From the NCBI RefSeq assembly GCF_009914755.1, contig NC_060925.1: a DNA stretch of 64,000 bases. One strand, given 5' to 3'. The DNA is from the human T2T-CHM13v2.0 reference genome, Homo sapiens. The position numbers and the translations under genes were made by a program. The notes beneath the pieces were generated by a model that was given only the letters and a program-made list of their open reading frames with translations, was not told where the DNA came from and made no database searches. This document shows positions 12,961 through 25,939 of this stretch, one piece after another. The number at the start of each line of letters is the position of its first letter. The first letter of the stretch is position 1.

Positions 12961-14274
12961 AGGATATGGCTGCCATGGAAAGGTGGGGTAGGCAGAAAAC
13001 GAAAGCAACCAATTAAAGGGAGCCAATCCAGAATTTGCCAGTTGCCAAAATCTCTTTGAAATAACTGTGATTCACTCACAAGGAGGAAGGAAGTGGCTTT
13101 AAAAGAATCAAAATGTGTCTTGTGACAAGAGGCAATTAAATTCTGTTCCCCTTGAGTTAAATCCCCTTTATGGCTCTTTGGTGGACACACAATGACTAAA
13201 ATTTTGTCTAAAGAAAAGGCTGTTTACTCTTGGCTGTATATTGATGGGTTAAACACAGGGCACACTCTTAGCACATTTGTAAATATGGTCCTTAGGGTTG
13301 GCTCCGTATAGAAGGCTTCTTTGTATGTCTACGATTAGCAGAAACAACGCCCAGGAGGACCAAAAGCAAGGGTCCCTATTCCCGGTACAATTAAGGACAA
13401 ACTTACTGCCAAAGCTGATAGAATTATTTGGGGTTTGTTTACTTGTGGTAGCTATTGAAGAGCTTATGGAAGGTGGAGAGGTGGCTGTTGGCTCTTAGTT
13501 CACTTCACAGACTCCAGGACAGGGGATGGATATAGCCCCCTTTACTTCAAAAAGCACTGTTAATGGGCATTTAAGTTGCCTTGAATAGGCCAAGCTATCT
13601 CAACAAGTGAATGGGAGGAATAAAGAAAAGAAACACGTATAATTTAGTAGCACCTGCTTCAAGGACTGTTTCACTAAATTGGATTGTTGCTGTATGCGCA
13701 TTTACAAAGCAATTAAAAAAATAAAACTACATAAAAAACTTTGCCTTCGTTTATGGTTCAAAAATACATGAATGTTTTTCTTTAGACCTCACAAATAAGT
13801 AAGACTTCAGGGTTTAATATATGGTTTTATTTGGTTCCAATCATTGCCTTTAGTAACCTCCTATTTAATGTTCTGACCCTCCCTGCAGGTCTAGGGCACA
13901 CAGGATGTCCCTCATGTCTGCAAGCAACACCTTTCATAGTGCTGCATTTTCTGGCTGCCAGATGGAGCTTTTCTTTCACACTAAATTGATTTCTGTGAAA
14001 AGTCTTTGTCACCTGCAATATGATGATGCTTCTAAGTCTATGCACCATCTTAACAGAAGGTCCCCAGGTGGACCTTGAGCCATCTTTCTGTGACCCCTCT
14101 GTGACCTCTCTGTATTGTTGCCCTTTTTTGATATTTCTGATGATCTCCTCTGAGACTCCAGCTGCAACATCACCCTCTCAGAAGCACAGATTTCATCCTC
14201 TGGAAATAAATCCTGGATATATAGTTTTTAAATTGCTCTCTTTGAAAACTGCCTCTACTCTCTGATTTATTTCT

Positions 14275-14275
<1 letters not shown>

Positions 14276-14317
<42 letters not shown>
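14276..14317. repeat. (GT)21 microsatellite
   Basis: Perfect dinucleotide run, read directly. Confidence 0.97.
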
Positions 14318-14319
<2 letters not shown>

Positions 14320-15109
14320 TTCTCATCTGCTAATATGCCTTTAAGACATTCTAGAACTATTTTTGATTGGATTCTAGTTAATAATAAGAATAGTAATAGT
14401 AATAAAACACTGAAGAGATTACAAAGCACTTTCCTAATACTAGAAATGAAGCTTAAGGGGTCTAAACAGCAAAACCAGGCTACTATATTAGTAAGGGGTA
14501 GTTAGGTTTAAAATTCCTGTCCAGGAGAGATTTATTCAGGTAGCACTCACTTCAAGGTTTTTCTTTCATCAATAGCCACAGTTGTCTTAATATTTCTCAA
14601 GTAAGAAAAACAGAAACCAACCAAGCAACCCATTGACAAACCAAAACATTGTGTTAGACAGTTTTTGATGTTGCACTTTGTGGGAAGTGTGGACTCTATA
14701 AATTCTTGATTTGTATATTTCTGAGCTTTAAGACTGGAAATACCAGCTAGTGCTGAGAACAAATAATTAATGATGACTTCACTTAGAAATTTTCAACAAC
14801 TACATATGGGAAAACCAAGAGCTCTCTTTTATTATTATGAATAATTCTCTTTTCTCATTCAAAGAAACATCAATTCAGTATAGACAGGCGTACTAATGAA
14901 GAGTAGAGAGTAATCAAATACAGAATGATGGCAGTTACTTGTCTTAGTCCACCCAATTGTCTGATTTCCTACTTACTCCCTGAGAGAAGGTTTTGGAGTG
15001 TCCTGGGTGTGTGCATGTGTGATATGTGTGTATGTATGCATGTGCATATATATACACACACCCTTTTGCATGTGTGTGTTTATATTCAAGTACTTTAGTT
15101 GTTAGCAAA

Positions 15110-15310
15110 CGAAGATAATAAAAACAGCTAACATTTATTGAACAATAACTATTTGGCAGGATCTCTGTTTGGCACTTTATATGCATTACCTAATTTAATT
15201 TTCCCAAAAACTCTTGTAAATAAAGCCTCTTAGCCTTCTTCCCCATGTTATCAGCTGAGAAAGGTAAGTTTTTGTTTTTTTTTTTTAACAAAGTTTGAAT
15301 TTTGTCCAAA
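15110..15310 (-). mobile_element. MIR
   Basis: cagctaacatttattgaac...ggcactttatatgcattacctaatttaat. Confidence 0.65.
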
Positions 15311-17009
15311 AAAAGTGAATGTCCAACCTAGGACCAGCATGGGCCCTGCATTAGAACTCATATTACGATGTTACATAAGTCATTCTCATTGAACTGCTTT
15401 GATGTTTTTATTTTTTTTGAAGGCCAAATCAAAATCTTCCCTAAGTTATTATTTTTAAAATGTATCTGCAGCAGGTAGACTGCAGTTGATAATAACCCTC
15501 AAGATTTGGGTTCCCAGAATGAATGGACCAGAGACATGTTTCCCTTATAAAACAAGACTAGAATGAACACTCCTTCTCTCTGTGGGTGACCCACATCACA
15601 TTTGCATTTGCACTGTGTCATCTGAAGGTCTTCCCTGCTTTCAGGTCACTGTTCGACAGTAGCGTGGCCATCTGATTTACCTTTCTATCTTCGCCATTCC
15701 GACCTGACTATTCCTCAGAATTAAACATGGCAGTCTCAGATTTGCTCATTTATGGTCACTGATGCTGTGTTGCACTATCCTAGAGGTATCATTTGCATTG
15801 CACTCACCATTCACAAAGGAAATTAATATGAATGATATGAATAATGTTCTCTGGATTTGTGCAACCCAGCAGTTCTGCTTCTCATTCACCTTCCTATCTA
15901 ATCGTTCACAGTCTCATAACAGTTTCCCAATTAAATCTGAGTTCCATGTACTTTCTAGTATCAAATCCCCAACCTCTCACTTTTCTTATATGGATGAATC
16001 AGTTGTTTTCTGAAAAGAGGGCCAGTAATTTATTTATAATTCAGTGTTTTCTTCTTGCTTGATCTAAGGACTAACATCTGCTGAATTACCTCCCTACTTA
16101 ATTGACCCCATAGATTGTCTTTGTAAAGCAGCATTTCCAACTTAAATTTCCACAAGCCTGTATTTTCATGATCATTGTTTATAGCAAATTCAATATCTGA
16201 AGTTTTGATGAGCCTTCCATTTTAATCAACATTTTTCTGCGTAAAGTGTGAAGATTTTCAATGTCAAATGTCACACTTTATGTACAAATCTGATAATTTT
16301 TCCATCCAGTTATAAAACAGATTAGTCACTTTATTCCTCTCTCCTTCCTCTGAAAGCTCTCCTTTGCATCTCTAATTTGAATATCTCATCCAGTACTTAT
16401 GGATCTATATATCTTGCATTATTTTCATCTTTTTTCTGTTAGAGTACATGCCCCTTGAGAACAGGAGCCATTTCTTTTTAATTTTGTATTCTTGTATGTC
16501 TAGCAAAAGCACTTGCACAGCAAACATTTGTTAATGTATTTGTCCTTTTTGTTCATTGTTTTATCTCCAAAAACCTAGAAAAATGCCTGGCACAACTATT
16601 TTTTGGATGAATAAGTTGATAGTGTTTGTAACGGGAACTTTAGTAAAGAAGTTCCAATGAATAAGATATTTATATAAAAGGCCAGACAGGTAGTAGACAC
16701 TCACTCTGTCTGAATTGGAATCCATGAGATACTTTGACTGTGATAAATTATTTATAAAATGCAACATTAATAATTCATATTTAGTCCAAAATGAAAACTT
16801 GGTGCCCTTTCTGAATATTTTCCACTATGGAAACCCATTTCTCTGAAGATTCATAAGTCATGTAAGAAAGACACTGTGAGAACTTTGCATAGTTAGCCCC
16901 ATCCCCACCCCAACCCATATACATCAAGTTGTTTTCAGCATGGGAGAGCACAAGAAAGCTGGAAGTTATGTGTGGCATTTTCAGAATACATGAAAGCTTC
17001 AACTCCATG

Positions 17010-17172
17010 CAGAACCACCTGTATAATATGTGGAGTTCAGTGCAAAATAAAAATGCAGGGCCCCTTGTTAAAAAAAATTGCGAGAATTTTAATATGGCAG
17101 CAGCAGAGAATCAAACCAAGCTCAGCACCCTTCTGATGTGGGCACAGCTCACAGGTCCATGAAGCAAGGCTG
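17010..17172 (-). mobile_element. MER45A hAT DNA-transposon fossil
   Basis: cagtgcaaaataaaaatgcagggccccttgtt...aaaccaagc...ccatgaagc is the reverse complement of MER45A. Confidence 0.75.
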
Positions 17173-18191
17173 AGCTCCATGTGAGATCTGTCACTATAGA
17201 TTCTATGAGGTTAGTTTAAGTTACTCCATGGAGGAAACAGTAACTGTTCAAGAAAGAGGATATTTTTGGTCTCTCTGTGGATTTTAACACGGGGAGTACT
17301 CAAGGATCTAAATGGAGTATTTCATAGGGGAGCTGGTATCTGCTAAGGCAGGTCACTGGCTTCTGGGAAGAGATAGAATTGTTGGCATTATTAAAGCATT
17401 GGTAGGGAGGACCCTGAGGCCCCATCAGAAGCAGACAATGCCTAGAAAAGACACGGATCCATGTAAGTCTTGATCTACAGAGGACATAGACATGGACTCT
17501 CACCTGGGAGCTTGGGAGTGGCCTTGCTAATGCCAGGTTCTCTTAGAATCGGAGCCCCAAGTATCTGAAGTATCCTGAATCCAGTGCAATGTTTATTTTA
17601 ACATGAGACCTTGGGTAATAGAAAAAAAGTGTGGCCTGAGAAATAGGAGGTACACATAACTAATCCCAGAAAAAAATGTGCATGATTGCATGATGGGACA
17701 CCTGGTCTCATTCTATAAATAGAAGGTCCAGGCGGCAGCCTGGGCTTAGCTCTAGGCAGCTGTGACTTCTCCGAGTCTCACCTTCCTCAAATGAGGGAGT
17801 TGACCCAACTGATTCCCCAAGTTACCTTTCAGTATCAGGAGTCAAAAAATAAGTCTCAATTCTTTCTGTCGGTGTTGGTATAAAAAGCTCACAAAGCACT
17901 TCCACTTATAACATTTCATTCTGCAATTGTTGAAAGTAGGCCTCCTGCTCCCAGTTTAGGCTCCTCCCACTTCACCACACTGTCTTCTGGCAAACATTTT
18001 CTTGTTATAGATTAGAAATGAGCTTCATATTATCTCCTGTTCATAATGTTTTCATACTCTGGGTTTACTCTACAGGAGACTTCCTGTCTCAAGTGTACAG
18101 GTGAGGTAGAGACATTGAAGAGCTGTCTCTGCTTCAGCAGACCTAGGTAGTACGCAGACATGTCCTCTGTGATGGAAGAGGTCTAAGTAAG

Positions 18192-18508
18192 TGTAAGGAC
18201 AATGGCTGCATTGCAGTCAAGCAAAGGCGGAGGTACACATCCGGCACAGCATGACACAGTGGGATTGGAGCACAGGTGCACAATCTTGTGCATTATGTAA
18301 TCACAGCTTTGTAGCCATAACATGGGGGCGCTCATTGCCTGCCTCTGAGCCACTGTTGTCTGTGAGGTACATAAAAGCAGCACCGACAGTGTGAGGGAGC
18401 TGCTGAATAAAGCCATGTCCCACCTACCTGTGGTCTTGTGAGTGTTCTTTCAGCTACCCGCCACCCCACCAACTCCCCTCAGACCTTGGCTGGTGCTGGA
18501 ACCTAACA
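18192..18508 (+). mobile_element. LTR18-family solo LTR (ERVL class)
   Basis: TGTAAGG...CA termini, gagctgctgaataaagccatgtc poly(A) region and a perfect 5-bp TSD GTAAG at 18187-18191 and 18509-18513. Confidence 0.82.
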
Positions 18509-19384
18509 GTAAGTGTAAGCCAATGTGCCAAGGGAAAATCTCTGAAAACATTTGGACTTAATTCTAACTTACATTAAATCCTCTGCATGCCTCCCAGGAA
18601 AGCAAGGAAGTACTTTCTTGCTCCTGTCCCCGAAGGGGCAATAAAACAGACCACTTCCACATAACAACAAGTAAGTGACAGAAAAAGGATGGCTAACCTT
18701 TAGAATCTGACGTGACATATCCAGTGTAGGTTTGGAAATAGCTCAGTGCTCATGAGAAAACATCAGGGGACATCAATGCCAAGCCAGTGAGGGAGGCAGG
18801 AAGTTGGGCCTCACACAAAGCCCAGAAATTAAGGAGCTGTGATTTACCACAAGACTTCTTCTAACAAAGTTACTGCCATGCCTAGGATCACTTGCTGGCT
18901 GCTGGGTCCATCTGGCCCTTTATCAGCCAAATGTGCATCAGTAGATAAAATTTGTCACTATTTTAATTTAACTAACATCACGGAGAGAGCATGGCCTTTG
19001 GATCAGACACACTTAAGTCTGTTTGAACTTATGGGAACTAATGGTCATAACAATGTTACTTGATTCATTTGATTTAATAATGTTATAATAAATGCATGTA
19101 AAAATTCCTGGACCTTGGGGGTTATAAAAAACTAAGATTACTGTCATTGAAATATTTTAAAACTGGCAAAGGCAAGAGTAATTTCTCTTTAAGTAAAAAA
19201 GACCTGTTAGAGAGACTGCTTTGGCAGTATAAAGTCTTAGGATGCTAGAACTGGAATTTGGTATTAGATTAATAAAATAGAGCCCAGTTTCTTAAAATGA
19301 TGGAAAACAAGAGCAATACAAAGCACTGGTAGTCGTAAGAAGGATGTCAGATCTGAGGATTGAGCAAGGTAATGGATTGCTTGC

Positions 19385-20710
19385 CCTGTCACTCAATAAA
19401 CATGTATTGGGCCCTACTATGTGCAGAGCATCTGAAGGGGCCTTCAAGCTATAATCTAACAGGAGACACATGGCACATCCTAGACATTAGAAAGCAAAGT
19501 GTCAAGAGAGGACCCCTGCAGGAGTTCAAATGGCTAGGGCCTAAGGATATAAGTAGGTTTGCCAAGGAGGTGACATTTGAGACAGTCCTTAAAGCAGGGT
19601 TCTTCAGATTGTGGGTCATAAATTTATTATGGAAGAGATGAGAGACTGCACATTGCAAGAATGAGTATTGTTTTTTTGGAATTTTTGATTCAGTGTGTGT
19701 CCTAGGTCAAAATGTACAGTTCTTATTGTAATTCATGGTCAAAAAGTTTGAAAGTCATTGCCTCAAAAGATTGGTAAGATTTGGACACATTTCTCTGATT
19801 TCCTGTCTCTTGCACTGGATTATTTCATTTCTTGAGGTACCCTTCTGTTGCTACTCCCTCTTTCTTGCCTTTCCAACTCCAGTATGAACTGCAAAACTGA
19901 GTTTAGGCATGGCCTTTTTCCATAAGATTTTCTCAACTCCCTCCCACTCACCATCTTTATCCTAGTGTGGGTTGAGTGCTCCATCACCATGTTCCCACAG
20001 CATCCGTGCTTACACATTTCACAGCTCTTATATAGTGATTGTTTTTGCTTGCCTGTCTACACCCAACCCGTGCTTCCTTGGGTTGGGGAGCTCATAAAGT
20101 CTGTGTCTTATTCAGGGCTAGCCTTATGGGTATGCAGTCTGTGTAGTCACACAGGGATCTGTAGTTAGAAGAGCCCTGTGCGTCTAAGGCACTGTTATCA
20201 CTGTTTTGAAATTCTTATTTTAAAACAGAGTCTGAATTTTCATTTTGTACCATACCTACAAATTATGTAGTCATTCTGTTCTTATTGACCCTAAAGGTAA
20301 CCAGAACCTTGCTTAGAACAGAGTAAGAGATCCACAGATGAATGAACAAAAGATGAATGATTGAGTGAATAGCACCCATCATCTATTGAGAGCCTATTAT
20401 GTTGTCTCAGAAACTGGGTTAACAGTGGTCATGTACGTCGCGTCATCTAAATGTCTGCAGACTTAGGGACAGGTAGCACCAGGGGAAGCAGTATTATGTG
20501 AACAAAGATGGGAGGTGAGAAAATATAGGATATGTGAGGAAAGTGGGGCACATGGTTTAGTTCAATTTAACAGCAAGAGAAGGCATTAGTGAATGATGTA
20601 CCTGGAAAGTAGGTTGAGACCAGATTGCAGAGGGAGAGGTGAAAAGTTGAACTTTATGCCGATGATAATGGAGGCCAAGGAACATTTTTGAGTAATAAGG
20701 TCTGGGCATG
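19385..20710. mobile_element. Cluster of L2 fragments in both orientations with a nested hAT-Charlie MER (~19595-19760)
   Basis: L2 3' motifs (caataaacatgtattgggccctactatgtg, gatgaatgaacaaaagatgaatga) and a Charlie-type end ggtcaaaaagtttgaaagtcattg. Confidence 0.55.
20113..20278 (+). mobile_element. MER45A
   Basis: cagggctagccttatggg...ttgaaattctta...ttttcattttgtacc...caaattatgtagtc. Confidence 0.7.
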
Positions 20711-22024
20711 AGGAAAGTTTTGGAGCTGCTTAATGTCTATTCAGCTCTGGAAGAGTATATGGGAAACCTGTTTATCATTTGGGAAAGGAAATTTCCTAAG
20801 GTTCTATGAAGTCATTGTTATATTGCTTTTCATGTGTTTCTCCAGAATTGTGTGAAAATCAAATGTCATGAACCTATTTTAACAATTGATATTTTGAAAG
20901 CACTAAGAGAGACAAGTATTTCAAGATATCCTTTTTTTGAACCAATAATCAATTTGATTTACAACTTTGGGAAGGCATTTTAATTGTGGCTCATCCCTGA
21001 TTAGGAAGTAGTTGAACACAGAATAAATTATATTAAGTCTGTGAAATATGAATGTTCAGTTTCATAAAAAAAACATAAAGATTGCCATAAAAACATATTC
21101 ATATGTTTGGAATTCATATGGATTTCCATAAGAACATATTCATATTCATATTGGAAATAGTGTCAGCACATTTCCAGGTAAGGAGAACCTGTGTTTCTGA
21201 TAGGAAGAGATCAGACTGGCCATTCAACATGTGATTCCATCAAATTGCTCAATGAAAAAGCAAACTGTGTACATATGTTGAGGTGAATCCAGGGAGAAAT
21301 AAATGGAATTGGATTTTTTTCAAAGTCTTATCTGTCCCTAATTCCTTCTTTTACAAGGGACAAAACTGAGACATGTGCAGCATGCACCTGGCCAAGACAA
21401 ACAGCCAGTTTGTAGTCAGGTCAGAACCAGGGCAGGACCAAGGCTGGTTGCATTGAACTCTGAAGATTGCTGCTAACTCCAGTTTTCTTGGTGTCAGACA
21501 CATTTCTTTCAGTGATTAATGCTGATCATAAATCCAAACACTGCTTTGGAAATAATAAAAATCTAAATCTTAAAGTCCATCTATATATGTGGTGTGTGTT
21601 TTTCCCCTTCTTTTCTCTGCCATAATGGAATCCAAAATAGAATAAACATGTTTTAGATATTCAGACTGTGCCTAGCCAGCAATTTATAGCTATCCCTATC
21701 TAAACATTGTCTATCAAATATCTAAATAGAGATCCGAGTCATTTTTCTTTTCTTTCTGCCAGTAGATAAGTAAATAGAAGGAAAAAAATAGCAAGAGAAA
21801 AAATAGAAGGAGAAAAATACCATTTGCTTAAAGTCAACTAGCTTTTACTATGGCTCTGTAAGATAAGGAAAAAGCATTTTCAGACAGTTGCTCTGGTGAT
21901 AAATCATGCACAGGAGATTAGAGCTTAAATAGAGATCCGATTGGTACAAGGTGCAGGGATTCTTTTCATAAGGAATAGATCTTATTTTTAACCTTGGTAG
22001 GTTGCACGTAGCTCCTTCAGCAAA

Positions 22025-23050
22025 TGTTATTCAACAAATTCAGACTAACAAACATTCTTGGGCACTTTAAGTGTGCCAAACCTTGTGCCAGGATTGGGGA
22101 TATAGGAAGAAAAGAGGTACATTTGCTATGTTTAGGAGTTCACAGTCTAGTGAGGAAACACAGAGGTAAACAGGCTTTCATGATATAGAATAAGTGTTAT
22201 GATAAACCTGACCTCTGAGTATTAGAATGCAGAGGAAGAGCGTGTTTCCAGCATTGGAAATCTGGGAAGGCTTCTGGAAATGATGACTTGGTGATATGGA
22301 GATGAAGGGAGGACAGAAAAAGATCTGAGGGAGGAAGGTGTTCTAGGCAGAGACACAGCATGTGCAAAGTCAGTGAGCAGGGAGGCCCCTGCTCATTCTG
22401 CCTGTATAGCCAGGAAAACCTGAAGTGTTTCCCATCTGTTTTTCCCTGTGATAAAACAAAGTGATTCCCTACCCCTTTCCCAATTCAGTAAATTGAAAAA
22501 AATAGTAAATTTATTAGAAGGCTGCACTATTAAACACACAGAGTCACAGGAAAATATAAGACCAGAAGTAAAGAGAGGCGTTTCATAGGCCTGACTTCAG
22601 CCCTTATTATTTTTGTGACCTTTGGCAAGTCATTAATCTTTTAAGTCTTAGTTTTCTTATCTGTTAAGTGGAGATAATTATGCCTGCCTACATCACAGAC
22701 TCCTTTTTTTAATCGTTGTCAACAAACTACCAAATGCTATATAACCTAATAGATTTTTGACACCCACACACGTGTGTGTGCACATGATTATGTAGTTCAT
22801 TAGACTGTAAATAGACTATAATAACTTTTATGACCCAAATGTGTTTCTCATGATTTGAGAGTAGATGTCTTCCACACTGAAACCCAAGTATTTCACCAAA
22901 AATATAAATCTGATTTGTCATTTTCCCACTTAAATCCTTTCAGTGGCGTCTCTTTACCTACCAATATCCAAACCTCAATATGTGACCATAAGTCTCTGTT
23001 GACAGGTCTCCTTCTTACTTCTTAGTTTAATCTACCACAACTTTTAAATT
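22025..23050. mobile_element. L2 and MIR fragments
   Basis: L2 (minus) at about 22025-22390, MIR (plus) at about 22585-22700 (gtgacctttggcaagtcattaatc), L2 (plus) at about 22860-23040. Confidence 0.55.
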
Positions 23051-23196
23051 GTGGTTTGTGTTTTCGTAATCCAAGAGACTGAGATGGCCTCTTTCTTCTC
23101 CCTTTCTGCCTCCTGTCCTTCTTCCCTTTTTGGTCCCCAGTTAAACTTCTGCCTAGGACACATTTCATCTTCTGTTTGCATTAGGGATTGTTTTGA

Positions 23197-24459
23197 AGTA
23201 CACAGATGATCTGTAACCACATTTGAAATTCCTATTGATTACCAAGAAATTTCTATTTCATGTATTCCCCTTATCTGTGGAAGCCGGGATAATGCACTGT
23301 GGCCAGTTAGTAAAAATGGGTCCTAGTGCAAAATCTCATATTCCCCTCCCTTGTCCCCCAGTGTCAAAATATCCTTTTCCATCTCACTGGTGGTGAAAGT
23401 TTTAGGTGTTTTTGTTACTGAGGATGATCTTGGAATTATCAAATGTAAAGTTAATTTTTGCATTTTAAAACTTCATTTGTTTAAATATTTGATGCCAAAT
23501 ATTTGTGTTTGAATAAAATACTTAAAAAGTCCATTCAAAAACCAAGCCATTTGTGATAAACAGTGTTTCCCAGACTTTCTCCATACTGTGCAGTCACATT
23601 TCTAGTAAAACTCATATGTCTAAAGGCCGCTGTAGGTTATTCTCCTATGCAAACGAAGTATGCTCTCAAAAGGTGAGTTTAACTCTCCACTTTAAGGAAG
23701 TGGAACTGTCTACAGCTTTTCTACAGATGCTGTTTTCTTTCCACGGCCAAACTTCACTCATACCTTTCTTCCTCTCTCTTTCCCAACTTGCCTCTTTTCC
23801 TCTGTCTGGCACTAGGAGCTCAGTGGCGCGGCTCTTGTTCTACTGTAGCATACGGACAGACCATCTGCAAAGGCTCCCGTGAACATGGCAGCCCATATGC
23901 GGATTTTTCTCTCTGTGGGGAGAGGGACATAAGAGATTGAAGATTGATTAACTCAGCTCTATGTCTTTCAGAAAAAAATCCAAGGCAAGACCTCAGGCAT
24001 ACACAGTAGCCTCTGGTTCTAATTGTATTGTATTGAATCATTTGTGGGACTTGTTATGAATTCATTTTCATGGTCATGAATGGTAGGCACTATTGGTTAG
24101 AAGCAGTTGAAATTCAATATGTCCCAATAATCTTGATATTTAATGAAAAAAAATTAAAAATAAATAAAAAAAGAATAAAGAGTAGACCAAATTCTCCCTA
24201 AATTTCCACATTTACGTGTTAAATAAACATGTATTAGCAAGCAGGCAAACAGTTTACAAAACTTATCCTATAAGCTGACTCAAGATCCAGCCTCTGTTCT
24301 TTTAGATGATTTGGCCATGTCAAATCAAGGGAGGACCCATTTTTACTAGCTGGCCACAGTGTATTATCCAGGCTTCCACAGATAAGAGGAATACATGATA
24401 TAGAAATTTCTTGATAATCAGTAGCAACTTCAAATGTTGTTACAGATCATCTATGTACT
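23197..24459. repeat. 128-bp inverted repeat (arms 23197-23324 and 24332-24459, spacer 1007 bp)
   Basis: Manual alignment of the left arm to the reverse complement of the right arm gives 117/128 identical with no gaps. Confidence 0.95.
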
Positions 24460-25939
24460 ATTCTAGAGGCAAAATTATTGTGGGCATTAGGCAACCACAA
24501 TTTTCTACAAAATGGCTCAACATAGTAGCTTTTATGGAGCAGGCATCAGCCATTATTTCTAAGTGCACAGGCTATAGACCTCTCTAAATTTTTATATCTA
24601 ATTTTATACAAATAAAGTATCTCTAGAATATTATAGACAATCCAGATGTTTTGAGAACCAGCTTTCATCAGTGGCAACCCAGATCTAGTATATGTTAAGC
24701 TAAATAAAATGCCAGTACTTTCACCAATAAAAAATTCATTTCTAGCATTCATCATGCTAAAAACCTCTGGAGTTAATGGACAATATTGGTAGCTAAAACT
24801 GTTGGTAGTAATTTCCTATGAAGTTTGGCTTTTTAAAGTAAATATTAGCTGGCCCCTATCTTGTAAATTAGAACTGACTACAGCAATTGATTGTCTCTAC
24901 AGTATAGTTTAATCTACATCTAAAATCTTATGATAAAGTAGATTACAGACAATATAGTACTCTGGGTTCAGAAAATACAGCAAACAAACAAACAAAAACT
25001 TAGCAGAGCTAATTTCGGGACCAGACTTCTAAATAGGGTTAAGGGTTAAGTTGCCTAGCTGAAGGTCTTCTTTCCCCAAATAACTTTGTATACATTGCTA
25101 GAAAAGCAGTTATATTTTCTGAGATCTCACTAACTCTGAAGATCACATTATCTTTAAAAATATAAACATATCTGGAAAAGTTAAAGGGCCATCAGTACTT
25201 ATTCATTCAATCAAGTTTAGTGAAAGTGGTTTGGTGGAAATTAATGTTAATTAAGTGTTTTACCTCTTCCTCCCCACGCTGGGCTGCGCAAGTGGGCCAA
25301 GGGGTAAGCCAGAACAAAGCCGGGGCCCTGGGGATAATGTGGAGTATGGTATCCTGAAGTCTGAAGTACCCTGTCTGAAGAGATCAGAGTGAAAAAAGCA
25401 GAATGGACAATGTGAGCTATGTTTTTGAGGAGCCGTAGAAAGAACCTAGAAAGCTGCCTTGGTAAGGACTCAACAGGACAGTTTGCTTTGTGGAGACTGG
25501 GACCTTCCAATTGAATGCTGTTTCACAGCAACATTTTTGTTCATCAGGTTATTCTCAAATGCAGACTTATTCAAGTTGGTTATGATAGAGCAGTTAGAAC
25601 TTAGAAGATGATTCTGTGTTTGGAATGCAATGGTGTGCTTGACTCTAAGTTACATATTTTCAAAGGATTGGTAGATTTCTTGCACTTGAATAGCCTAGGA
25701 AACTGAAGGCTGGTCACTCTCAGTGAGAGTCAGGACAACACTGAACTGGATTTATGAAATGGAGAGTGCAAATGATCATCTCTCTGGGCTGAACGGAAAC
25801 AACACGAAATGGCGAGATGATTTGGGGAAGGCTACATTAATAGCAAAGGGCTGTAGCTTATGCCTGGTACCTCTACTCCAAAGCCCGTGCTCTTCCATAC
25901 TAGGGAATGGAGGGAGGATAAACGTGAGAGGAAAAATGG

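Noticed and set aside
17010-20278. Oppositely oriented MER45A copies as ends of a composite transposon
   Set aside because: Each is a complete, highly diverged MITE and no shared TSD is visible; independent insertions.
21060-21160. Repeated ccataa.aacatattcatat units
   Set aside because: Short AT-rich slippage duplication; only two units and no spacer array, so not CRISPR-like.
25034-25050. Telomere-like tagggttaagggttaag
   Set aside because: Too short and degenerate to exceed chance.
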